This document shows, piece after piece, positions 1-7,546 of a DNA stretch of 25,992 bases. Where the stretch lies: the IMG/VR virus record IMGVR_UViG_3300025736_000003; one strand, written 5' to 3'. The notes below the pieces were generated by a model, which ran no database searches, was not told the DNA's origin, and saw nothing but the letters and a program-made list of their open reading frames with translations. Positions within the stretch are counted from its first letter, which is position 1. Each line of letters begins with the position of its first letter. The DNA is from a virus. Made by a program: the position numbers and the translations under genes.

Positions 1-127
1 TGTGTATAACCCTATATCCTTCCTTCTCAGCATACTTTTTACAATATTCCTTCTGCTGTGCTATATTTTGTTGCTCGTCGTCTGTAGAGATTCTAGTGTA
101 TATTATTGCTTCCTTAACCATAAATTA
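1..127. repeat. Terminal overlap identical to 25866-25992 (circular-assembly signature); contains the first 121 nt of the recombinase gene
   Basis: Base-by-base comparison of the first and last 127 nt shows 100% identity. Minus-strand translation of 121..1 gives MVKEAIIYTRISTDDEQQ..., the same N-terminus as the CDS at 25489..25986. Confidence 0.9.
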
Positions 128-217
128 AATTTCCACCCTTATATTCTACAAATTCATTTCTTTGTATCCAGCTAAGGATTTTATCTTTTGTTAATCTATC
201 CATTCGTCTTAGGTTTG
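119..217. repeat. 99-bp perfect direct repeat, copy 1 (starts at the recombinase start codon and covers its upstream region)
   Basis: The string cataaattaaatttccaccc...cattcgtcttaggtttg at 119-217 is identical to 734-832 (offset 615 bp). Confidence 0.9.
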
Positions 218-683
218 TTAGGCGAATTTAGATAATCTTCCAGCTCATCCCAGAATCCTAATTGTGCTTCTATAATTTCTAATAAATCTTCTCTTGAGGT
301 TTCTTCACTAATAAAAACAAAGGTTGCATGTTTTATTATTTCTTGTATTTTTTTTATATCTTTATTGTCCATTGTTCCTATTAACTATCTATTACGTTCC
401 TCAACTTCTTTTAGATGTAATTGATAATCTTCCGTTTTCATCCATTCGGAATATTTACAATTATCAGAAAAGCAATCCATTAATGCTCCGCCACCATCTG
501 AACTAACTAGACATCCACATTTTAACTCTCTTTCAAATGTTCTACCCATTGTTCTTGTCTCCTGTAAATTGCTTTAACTGTTTGACACCTTAAACAAAGT
601 CTCTCTTTTCCAAATGAATTGTCGCCACATCTAATCGGTGTTCCGTTTTCATATGCCAGTAATACTCCACATCCCATCGTATT

Positions 684-902
684 CTAATCAGATTGCGAAT
701 ATAGTTTATTTATGAATGCTTCTAAATCATCAGCATAAATTAAATTTCCACCCTTATATTCTACAAATTCATTTCTTTGTATCCAGCTAAGGATTTTATC
801 TTTTGTTAATCTATCCATTCGTCTTAGGTTTGGACTGCAACTTCTTAAACCACCTTTAGATTTCTTCCATGGCGGATCTATCATTAAAATATCATATTTC
901 AT
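684..902 (-). CDS. Small DPPW-motif protein (72 aa), possibly a fragment or accessory subunit of an amino-methyltransferase
   Basis: IDPPW at residues 8-12 resembles motif IV of N6-adenine/N4-cytosine methyltransferases. Its start overlaps the stop of the upstream gene in an ATGA arrangement. It is too short to be a complete methyltransferase. Confidence 0.4.
   Translation of the reverse strand: MKYDILMIDPPWKKSKGGLRSCSPNLRRMDRLTKDKILSWIQRNEFVEYKGGNLIYADDLEAFINKLYSQSD
734..832. repeat. 99-bp perfect direct repeat, copy 2 (inside the 72-aa DPPW ORF)
   Basis: Identical to 119-217; encodes roughly residues 24-56 of the ORF at 684..902. Confidence 0.9.
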
Positions 903-1549
903 TCTTGCGACCCCTTCTTTAGATTAAGCGTCGAAAATATTTCATGGAATAATGCTGGAGGTATTATTGACCTTTCTTTATTTCCTTTTAACCCCTGTGT
1001 TCCTGTCTTGCTTCCTCTCGGTGCTGCTTCGTGATGGCAATGTTTAGCTCGTCCTTTTAGGAAGTTATGACATGTCTTTGGTTCCCATCCTGGTAAGTTA
1101 GTCCATATGTCTGTAGGTTTTGCTCTTGTGTCTCCGTATTGGCAATACCATGCGGTTTTTCTGCAATCAGTCGGTAAGAACCATCTAGCTCTTGCTCTTG
1201 GGTTTTCTATGAAGAATATTTTATTGTTCTTGTTGCAAAATCTCGCAATCATCAAACAAAAGTCCAATAACTCCTTACCTAGTCTTGCAGCATCCGTTTT
1301 CGGAGATCGATCTGCGTTCCAATGAGTATTCCCCGCAGCCATACTGAAAGTAGTACATGGTGGAGACATCCAAACAACATCAGCCTCTCTTATTTTATTC
1401 CAAATCTCTTCAGTTAATCCATTGTTTAAGTCTACTGTTACATCACAATTAAACTTTGGATTATTGTCTACTGTGAATGTTTCGCATCCAAGTTCCTTAG
1501 CAACCTTACTAAAACTACCTGTTCCTGCGAATAGTTCTACGGTCTTCAT
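899..1549 (-). CDS. AdoMet-dependent DNA methyltransferase-like protein (C5-cytosine type motifs), 216 aa, unusually short
   Basis: ELFAGTGSF (motif I, FxGxG) at residues 5-13, SPPCTTFSMAAG (PC catalytic motif) at 62-73, FFIENP (ENV-like motif VI) at about 111-117, and a GN....IPP motif-X-like C-terminus. AGGAGA lies 7 nt upstream of the ATG. Confidence 0.6.
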   Translation of the reverse strand: MKTVELFAGTGSFSKVAKELGCETFTVDNNPKFNCDVTVDLNNGLTEEIWNKIREADVVWMSPPCTTFSMAAGNTHWNADRSPKTDAARLGKELLDFCLMIARFCNKNNKIFFIENPRARARWFLPTDCRKTAWYCQYGDTRAKPTDIWTNLPGWEPKTCHNFLKGRAKHCHHEAAPRGSKTGTQGLKGNKERSIIPPALFHEIFSTLNLKKGSQE

Positions 1550-1682
1550 TGTGACTTCTCCTGCGACGCATTGTGGACAAATGTCGTATTCTCTTCCAAT
1601 TGTTTTTTTATCTGTTTTACCATTTTGTGTTTGCCCGAAGACTTGTGGGTAGAAAAATATCCGACTAATCTATAATATTAAT

Positions 1683-1975
1683 TTGACCTTGACCTTGACC
1701 ATGACCTTGACCATGACCCTGACCCTGACCCTGACCCTGACCCTGACCATGACCATGACCTTGACCCTGACCTTGACCCTGACCCTGACCATGACCCTGA
1801 CCCTGACCCTGACCCTGACCCTGACCCTGACCCTGACCATGACCCTGACCCTGACCCTGACCATGACCATGACCTTGACCCTGACCTTGACCCTGACCCT
1901 GACCATGACCCTGACCCTGACCCTGACCATGACCCTGACCATGACCTTGACCCTGACCTTGACCCTGACCATGAC
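1683..1975. repeat. Tandem hexanucleotide array (C/T/A)TGACC, about 49 units, with a higher-order duplication
   Basis: Direct reading shows a perfect 6-bp period with variation only at unit position 1. A block of about 65 bp recurs at roughly 1748 and 1863. All frames are open across it, which explains the four ORF-track entries here. Confidence 0.9.
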
Positions 1976-2009
1976 TTATCATAACACACACGAAGTATTA
2001 TTGCGTTAC

Positions 2010-2387
2010 TCATTTTTGCTCCGTTGGGAGTTTAAAGTCTATTTTAAATAAGTCTAACACAGCTTCTCTGTTTATTATAACTTCTGCATCTTTTGGATAT
2101 GGTTCTACTTCATCAAAACTTCCATTTTTACATGCACTTTGCCATCTACCCGTGTCTGGAATCCAACAAGCTTCAGCTAAAACTAATTCTTTATCACTTG
2201 ATTTGATTAATCTTCCTGTATAAATCATTGTTACTGTTCGGATTAAATAGGGTTCTCCTAATTGATAAAATCCTTTTGTTTCAGTCGTTGCTTTAGTTTT
2301 TTGTTTATCTAAAGTTTCTAGTTCTTTTTTAAGGTCTTCAAAGCTTAATTTGTTTAAATCTTTTTTTACTATTTTATTTACCTCCAT
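2010..2387 (-). CDS. Hypothetical protein (125 aa)
   Basis: ORF in the co-directional minus-strand block; no motif recognised. Confidence 0.45.
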   Translation of the reverse strand: MEVNKIVKKDLNKLSFEDLKKELETLDKQKTKATTETKGFYQLGEPYLIRTVTMIYTGRLIKSSDKELVLAEACWIPDTGRWQSACKNGSFDEVEPYPKDAEVIINREAVLDLFKIDFKLPTEQK

Positions 2388-2580
2388 TTAAATTTAGTTT
2401 CTGACTTTGGACATAACCCGTAAGGGTGTCAGCAGAGTGATTATCCGCATCCATAGGCATAACCGTTTTTTTGTCTTCCCCTACTTTGCTTCGTGACTCC
2501 AGTGAGTTTTGTAACGGCACTCCCTCACCTTTTTTACACTGCTGACTATTATTCGCATTATTAATACAGGGCGAATTCAT
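2374..2580 (-). CDS. Hypothetical small protein (68 aa)
   Basis: ORF overlapping the downstream gene by 14 nt; no motif recognised. Confidence 0.3.
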   Translation of the reverse strand: MNSPCINNANNSQQCKKGEGVPLQNSLESRSKVGEDKKTVMPMDADNHSADTLTGYVQSQKLNLNGGK

Positions 2581-2847
2581 CTTTCACTTCTCGGACATTC
2601 ATATTTAGTATCAAAACATGCTTCATATTTTCCTCTGTCTATACAAGCGTAACTATCACAAATTGGGCTTCTTTCTATTATCTCTTGTTGTTCCATGAGT
2701 ATAAAATGTGAGGTAGGTTACGACACGAACCCCACATCCTCTAAGAGAAAGGAAAAAGAGTTGCCGTAGTGACAAAACCTTTCTCTATGAGTATGAATCC
2801 CCTAAACCTGGGGGCGAGTTAAATAATTCTTTTTCCCTGTGGAGAGT

Positions 2848-3201
2848 TTATTCTTCTACAAGATTATACTTAGTTGTCTTAGCTGTGCCTGTTTGCATTA
2901 CCTTAAATTCTGTTTGGCCTTCTGATCCTTTTTTTATGATTTCTCCATAAATTGGATTCTTTGTATTCAACCACCAAACTAATTCAACTTCGCCAACTTT
3001 AACTGGTATAATTTTCTTAACAGCATTTGATTCTGGATCTACCCATTTTTGGAATGCTTCAGAAAAATCAATAATCATAGTAACTATTTTGTTTTCTTCT
3101 AATTTTAAAGATGGTTTTCTTTCGCCATCGAAAGCGTTTTCTTTTAGTGTTTCAGCTTCTTCTTTTAACCAGTCAGTTTTTTGTGTTTCAGTTTCTTCCA
3201 T
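2848..3201 (-). CDS. Hypothetical acidic protein (117 aa)
   Basis: ORF with a canonical AGGAGG 9 nt upstream of the ATG (minus-strand ctaaataaaggaggtaaaacaaATGG). Confidence 0.55.
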   Translation of the reverse strand: MEETETQKTDWLKEEAETLKENAFDGERKPSLKLEENKIVTMIIDFSEAFQKWVDPESNAVKKIIPVKVGEVELVWWLNTKNPIYGEIIKKGSEGQTEFKVMQTGTAKTTKYNLVEE

Positions 3202-3415
3202 TTGTTTTACCTCCTTTATTTAGATTATCAATAATCTCTTGTGCGGTTGTATAAGGTTCATAATATTCTCCAGTATCTTCCAGGGATTTCTTTAATGTGT
3301 ATTGGCATAATTCAATTACTTTCATACAACCATCTCCATCTTTGCTTCGTTATTTCTGATTGTCATTAATCCTTCTTGTCCTACAAAGATTTCGACACCT
3401 AACCCAACATCAACA

Positions 3416-3556
3416 TTACCTTCCATTTTTTTTCTCCTTATTTACAATATCAGCTATATCAACAAAATCACCAACTTCTAAACCAAAGTATTCTCTTGTC
3501 GATTTATCGAGGATGATAACTACTGACCCACCGAATTGTTTTATTTGTTTTATCAT
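3416..3556 (-). CDS. AbrB/SpoVT/MazE-like small DNA-binding protein (46 aa)
   Basis: Translation MIKQIKQFGGSVVIILDKSTREYFGLEVGDFVDIADIVNKEKKNGR has the GxxVVxIxK....GLxxGDxVxI pattern of swapped-hairpin AbrB-type domains. Below the ORF-track length cutoff; found by manual translation. Confidence 0.4.
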   Translation of the reverse strand: MIKQIKQFGGSVVIILDKSTREYFGLEVGDFVDIADIVNKEKKNGR

Positions 3557-3610
3557 ATTTTATTTAGTAATATTAACTATTTAAACCTTTCTATTTGGTG
3601 TTTGGTGTGT

Positions 3611-3787
3611 TCATTTAATAATGACACCATTCTTATTTAGCTTGATTGCTTTTCTAACTTCCTTTAATCCCTCAAACTCATACATATTGAAATGAGGAGT
3701 ACAAAAGATATATTCAATTCCTTTGTGTGCTTCTATTTTTAACTTACCACTACAAGACCCTCCGCAGATACAACATGAAGATGTCAT
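3611..3787 (-). CDS. Cys-rich small protein (58 aa), possible zinc-binding
   Basis: Manual translation MTSSCCICGGSCSGKLKIEAHKGIEYIFCTPHF... with clustered Cys/His. Confidence 0.3.
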   Translation of the reverse strand: MTSSCCICGGSCSGKLKIEAHKGIEYIFCTPHFNMYEFEGLKEVRKAIKLNKNGVIIK

Positions 3788-3864
3788 CCTACAACAAGCA
3801 CCTCAAATCACGATACAATGAAACATTGATTATCATAGGTGCCGAGGTATGAAAAAAAGACGGG

Positions 3865-4287
3865 TTAGTTGTCTTTTAAATTTCCATTGTTTAGGCGTTG
3901 CCTTAGTTTAGTTGTAGGAATAATAGTAGAGATAACTTTTGAGATACCGTTCTTAGCCGTTTTAAGTAAGGTAGAATCGACTTTCTTATCTAAAGTTGTA
4001 GTATTCCTCATATCTAACCATTCGCAGTATGCTCTACACTTGAGAGGGGTGTTATAAATACATTTAAATTTTCTCCTGGAAGTTAATGGGCTGTTGTGTT
4101 TATGAACACAATTCATTCCGTTTGATTTTAAGTATGGGCAGTTGTGTGTTGATCTCATCTTCTTTTGTTTATATGCGTGTTTTCTATTTTCCATTTTTTT
4201 ATCTATACATTCCTCACAGAACTTTGAGAATTTACCGGTTCGTCTAAATAGTTTGCCGCAGCCTAAGCAGGGTTTTTTAAATCTCAT
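3865..4287 (-). CDS. Basic Cys/His-rich protein (140 aa), putative zinc-finger nucleic-acid-binding protein
   Basis: CLGCG...CEEC at the N-terminus plus further C/H pairs (CPYLKSNGMNCVHKH); very Lys/Arg-rich. Confidence 0.5.
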   Translation of the reverse strand: MRFKKPCLGCGKLFRRTGKFSKFCEECIDKKMENRKHAYKQKKMRSTHNCPYLKSNGMNCVHKHNSPLTSRRKFKCIYNTPLKCRAYCEWLDMRNTTTLDKKVDSTLLKTAKNGISKVISTIIPTTKLRQRLNNGNLKDN

Positions 4288-4426
4288 TTGTAAGCTTCAC
4301 CAATTCATTAGTTAATATTTTTATTCTTTTAATATTTTCCTCTAAATCTGTATGAAGTACATCTAATTCCAAATTTATTGCGATTGAGATTGCTTCGATT
4401 TTTTGGTTTTTTGTTGGATTATTCAT
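4279..4426 (-). CDS. Small helical protein (49 aa), hypothetical
   Basis: Manual translation MNNPTKNQKIEAISIAINLELDVLHTDLEENIKRIKILTNELVKLTNEI, with a GAGGTG-like SD about 8 nt upstream. Confidence 0.3.
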
Positions 4427-4481
4427 TTTAACACCTCTGTTTCCTGTGGAGAAGTGGATTGTGCGAACTTTTTTAGTAATT

Positions 4482-4578
4482 TAGAACAACTAGAACAACT
4501 AGAACAGGTGATGTCCACTCAATTCTACATATGGAAAGTAAGTGGGGTTTGCCTGTTCTTCTTGTTCTACCTGTTCTA
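4482..4578. promoter_or_regulatory. Inverted arrays of AGAACA(A/G) repeats (3 + 3 copies) around a 43-bp spacer: candidate origin or operator
   Basis: Three tandem tagaacaac/tagaacagg units at 4482-4508 and, on the opposite strand, cctgttct/tcttgttcta/cctgttcta at 4552-4578. The right arm overlaps the last codons of the primase-helicase gene. Confidence 0.45.
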
Positions 4579-6189
4579 TTTGATAATTTCACCCTTAAAT
4601 TTAATTCCAACCCATGCCCTTCCCTTCTTATTTATATCCCATGGAAGATATTTTAATTTCTGTTCAATCCCTAATTGTTTCATTTTACTACCAATTACTA
4701 CATCTGAAATTTCTCTAAACCTATTTTCTTTACACCATTCGTTTAACTTTTTAGAAAAATCATTTTTCCATACTACACCATCAGAGTCTTCTTCTGTAAA
4801 TTCTTTAAGGAATTTTTCTAAAGGATTACTATGATCCTCATATTTTTTCATTCTATCTTCAATTGTACCTTCATTAGTAAATTCTCTTTTCTCTAATAAA
4901 TCTTTTAATATTAAAGAACATTTAACAGTTAGTGCTTCATATTCCTCATCTGGTATCTCAGATAATATATCTTTCTTTTCTGAAAATTGGTTTGGAAAAT
5001 CTATAATCATCCATCTTCTATAAAATCCAATAGTTTTATCATTTGTGGCTGGAAGATTATTAGTAGCAATCATTATTTTAGCATAATTAATTTCTTCAAA
5101 AGGATCTTTATTTTTATACTCAAACCCTATTAAATCTCCACCTGATAATTTCTTTAAGATAGAAGTTTTATTCATTTCTGAAAAATTAGTTTCTCCCATT
5201 TGACAAACTAATTTTTTATGTAATCGGGTAACCTCAAATCTACTTTGTAATAAAGTATCTAATTCTGTTGAACAGCAATTACTGCCCCCAATAAATTTCC
5301 TGAGTAAATTTAAGAAACAACTTTTACCATTCATACCACCACCAATAAAACAAAAGATTCTATGGATAGGATAATCTGGAATTAAACAATATGCTAATAT
5401 TTCATATAAGGTTTGAACGTGATCCTTCCCAACCCATTCCTCAAATATTTTGTCCATTATGGGAGTTTCATAAAATCCATCTTCATTTAATTTCCATGGT
5501 ATTGGATTAGTAACAAATAGATGTGGTGTTGCCCTTGATTGCTCCCCTGTCTTAATATTCATTATAGTATTTTCAAATTGAACTGTATATTTTCCTATTG
5601 GGGCCGGAATATTTAATCTACTTACTTGTTTAAGAGCTTCAATCATCTCATTTTTTTCCTTAGAATTTATTGTGTTTATTGTTGCTTGTTTATCAACTGC
5701 ATTTAATATATCAGTTTCATCTACTCTTTCCCATTTTGTTTCTGGCCAATTCCATAACCACCAACTTCTAGAATTATCATATAAACAGGGTTGTATTTCA
5801 ATAATATGTTCTGCTAATTCTTTTTTATCGAACATATTCCCAAGTTTTTCTGTTAAATTTTCGACAGGATAATTTTTCTTTTCATTTTCTTCAATAGTTC
5901 TTTTTTGTTTTTTAAAATAATTTAATTGTTCTTTAAGAAGAGTAATTTTTCTACCAGTTTTTTTAGATAAAATTTTTAACGCATCATCTATTTCTAAAGG
6001 GGACAACCCTAAGATATTTTTTAACTCTTTTATTACTTCATCTGACGATGATATTTTTATTTTTTTATCATTTATTAATTCAATAAATCCGTTATCAATA
6101 TATTCCTGTTCATCCCCTCCTGGAAAACTCGCCTCTTTTATCTCTCCAGCTTTCCCACCAGCATAATTTTTTAATATTTTAATTTTCAT
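4576..6189 (-). CDS. D5/P4-family primase-helicase (SF3 helicase domain), 537 aa
   Basis: D5_N-like segment with SRSWWLWNWPETKW. Walker A FIGGGMNGKS (the GxGxNGKS form typical of P4-type primase C-terminal domains), motif C IMIATNNLP, and YRRWMIIDF as an arginine-finger region. Confidence 0.8.
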   Translation of the reverse strand: MKIKILKNYAGGKAGEIKEASFPGGDEQEYIDNGFIELINDKKIKISSSDEVIKELKNILGLSPLEIDDALKILSKKTGRKITLLKEQLNYFKKQKRTIEENEKKNYPVENLTEKLGNMFDKKELAEHIIEIQPCLYDNSRSWWLWNWPETKWERVDETDILNAVDKQATINTINSKEKNEMIEALKQVSRLNIPAPIGKYTVQFENTIMNIKTGEQSRATPHLFVTNPIPWKLNEDGFYETPIMDKIFEEWVGKDHVQTLYEILAYCLIPDYPIHRIFCFIGGGMNGKSCFLNLLRKFIGGSNCCSTELDTLLQSRFEVTRLHKKLVCQMGETNFSEMNKTSILKKLSGGDLIGFEYKNKDPFEEINYAKIMIATNNLPATNDKTIGFYRRWMIIDFPNQFSEKKDILSEIPDEEYEALTVKCSLILKDLLEKREFTNEGTIEDRMKKYEDHSNPLEKFLKEFTEEDSDGVVWKNDFSKKLNEWCKENRFREISDVVIGSKMKQLGIEQKLKYLPWDINKKGRAWVGIKFKGEIIK

Positions 6190-7313
6190 TCTTCAACCAC
6201 ATCTTCTTTATTTTTTATTCTAACTTTACCATTACAATAAGGATAATCCTCACAATACCAAAAAACATTATAACCACCATTTGCTTTTCCTATCTTCATA
6301 CCCTTATTACAAAGAGGACATTTTTGTTTTACAAAAGAATTAACTGTAATATTTTTTAATTCTTCTTCTATTATATTTGTTACTCTCCCACGACATCTTT
6401 CAATTATTGGTGGAATAGAATTTTCAAATTCACTAAGAACATTTTGACAAGTTTCTTTTACTGAATATATATTTATATTGTCTGCTATATTTTTTAATTC
6501 CTCTAATTTTGAATTGTTTATATCTATTAAATTTATTTCATTCTCCGAATATTTCTTAATAGAATTTTTACTCTGTTTAACAACCTTATTTATATTATCC
6601 TCAAATAAATTAAGTTTAGCATCTATAACTTCACCATAATTATTAATTCTTTTTATAAAATTATTTTCCTTATATTCCTCTAACTCAGATAATAATTTTC
6701 TATGAGATTTAATTTCTATATTATCATATTTTAATTTCCAATTAGATGTGAAATCTTCTTTGGTAAACCATACCCCACTAAACCCCTCTATAACTCTACT
6801 ATAATGTCTTTCTATAGTTTCATCATCGTGCTGTTTACTTAATTGTATCTCAAAAAATAATCCTAAGCCATATTTTGGATGAAACTCCTTTAATAAAACC
6901 ATAACATCTGTAATTACATATTCTTCACCAACTGTTCTATATTCTAATAATATATCTTTAACAAGCGTCTTGTTTAATGGAACATTATCAATTTTTATTT
7001 CTCCAGAATATATCCCAGCATAAACATTTTCTTTTGCCTTTTTATGTCCATAACTTTCTCCATTCATATTACTTTTTAATTTGGGTTGGTTTGGCATAGA
7101 CCTAAAATATGCATGAACGATTTTATCATTAGCCTTAGAAAAAGATTTAACAAAAATCATCTCTACCTCTTCACCTTCATTACAGTATACTGGTGTCGCA
7201 ATCAACTTTTCTTTTTCTCTTCCTATCCATGTAGCATCGTTTTCAAATTTAAAAGCAGTAACTAGTTTTTGTGTTTCTTTATGTATAACAGAAATATATT
7301 TTGCGTCACTCAT
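6186..7313 (-). CDS. Replication-associated protein with C-terminal topoisomerase-type zinc ribbon (about 375 aa)
   Basis: C-terminal CPLCNKGMKIGKANGGYNVFWYCEDYPYCNGK matches the C4 zinc-ribbon pattern of topoisomerase I C-terminal fingers. ATGA-coupled to the helicase gene downstream. I placed the start at the ATG at 7313, which is ATGA-coupled to the upstream ORF; the track start at 7328 is TTG. Confidence 0.55.
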   Translation of the reverse strand: MSDAKYISVIHKETQKLVTAFKFENDATWIGREKEKLIATPVYCNEGEEVEMIFVKSFSKANDKIVHAYFRSMPNQPKLKSNMNGESYGHKKAKENVYAGIYSGEIKIDNVPLNKTLVKDILLEYRTVGEEYVITDVMVLLKEFHPKYGLGLFFEIQLSKQHDDETIERHYSRVIEGFSGVWFTKEDFTSNWKLKYDNIEIKSHRKLLSELEEYKENNFIKRINNYGEVIDAKLNLFEDNINKVVKQSKNSIKKYSENEINLIDINNSKLEELKNIADNINIYSVKETCQNVLSEFENSIPPIIERCRGRVTNIIEEELKNITVNSFVKQKCPLCNKGMKIGKANGGYNVFWYCEDYPYCNGKVRIKNKEDVVEE

Positions 7314-7546
7314 TTTATATTTATCCAATATAATTTATTAAGAATTTTATTTATTAAGAACTCTTTATTTGCAGGGCATATAGTTAGATCACCAACTTGT
7401 AATTTTCTACCCATATTTTTTTCTAAACACTTTATACATAATAAATCAGCATCATTATTATATTTTTCCCAAAGATTATTATTAATCATATAAAAATTAT
7501 TAGTATAGGTAATATCTAAACCACATTTATCACATTGGATATTCAT
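7310..7546 (-). CDS. Small zinc-ribbon protein (78 aa)
   Basis: CDKCG ... CIKC pairs; ATGA-type coupling with both neighbours. Confidence 0.45.
   Translation of the reverse strand: MNIQCDKCGLDITYTNNFYMINNNLWEKYNNDADLLCIKCLEKNMGRKLQVGDLTICPANKEFLINKILNKLYWINIK

Noticed and set aside
1-121. A second recombinase gene at the window start
   Set aside because: It is the same gene seen twice because of the 127-bp terminal overlap of a circular assembly.
324-506. Plus-strand ORF of 60 aa (MHVLLFLVFF...)
   Set aside because: Low-complexity hydrophobic translation with no RBS; better explained by minus-strand small ORFs in the same region.
1107-1652. Plus-strand ORFs 1107..1325 and 1422..1652 antisense to the methyltransferase gene
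   Set aside because: They lie entirely within or opposite a motif-supported minus-strand gene and have no start context.
1683-1975. Possible CRISPR array, and the four ORF-track entries across the hexamer array (1665..1991, 1670..1972, 1678..2013, 1683..2051)
   Set aside because: The unit is only 6 bp with no spacers, so it is not a CRISPR. The ORFs are open in every frame only because of the 6-bp periodicity; at most one (the minus-strand GQ frame) could be real, and that is treated as a hypothesis in the findings.
2700-2830. tRNA gene in the GC-rich island
   Set aside because: I could not build a cloverleaf. The T-loop-like string (gtatgaatcccc) lacks a matching acceptor stem, so only hairpins are reported.
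3360-5872. Plus-strand ORFs 3360..3584, 3869..4057, 4403..4834 and 5672..5872
   Set aside because: All are antisense to minus-strand genes or cross the iteron region; translations are low-complexity.
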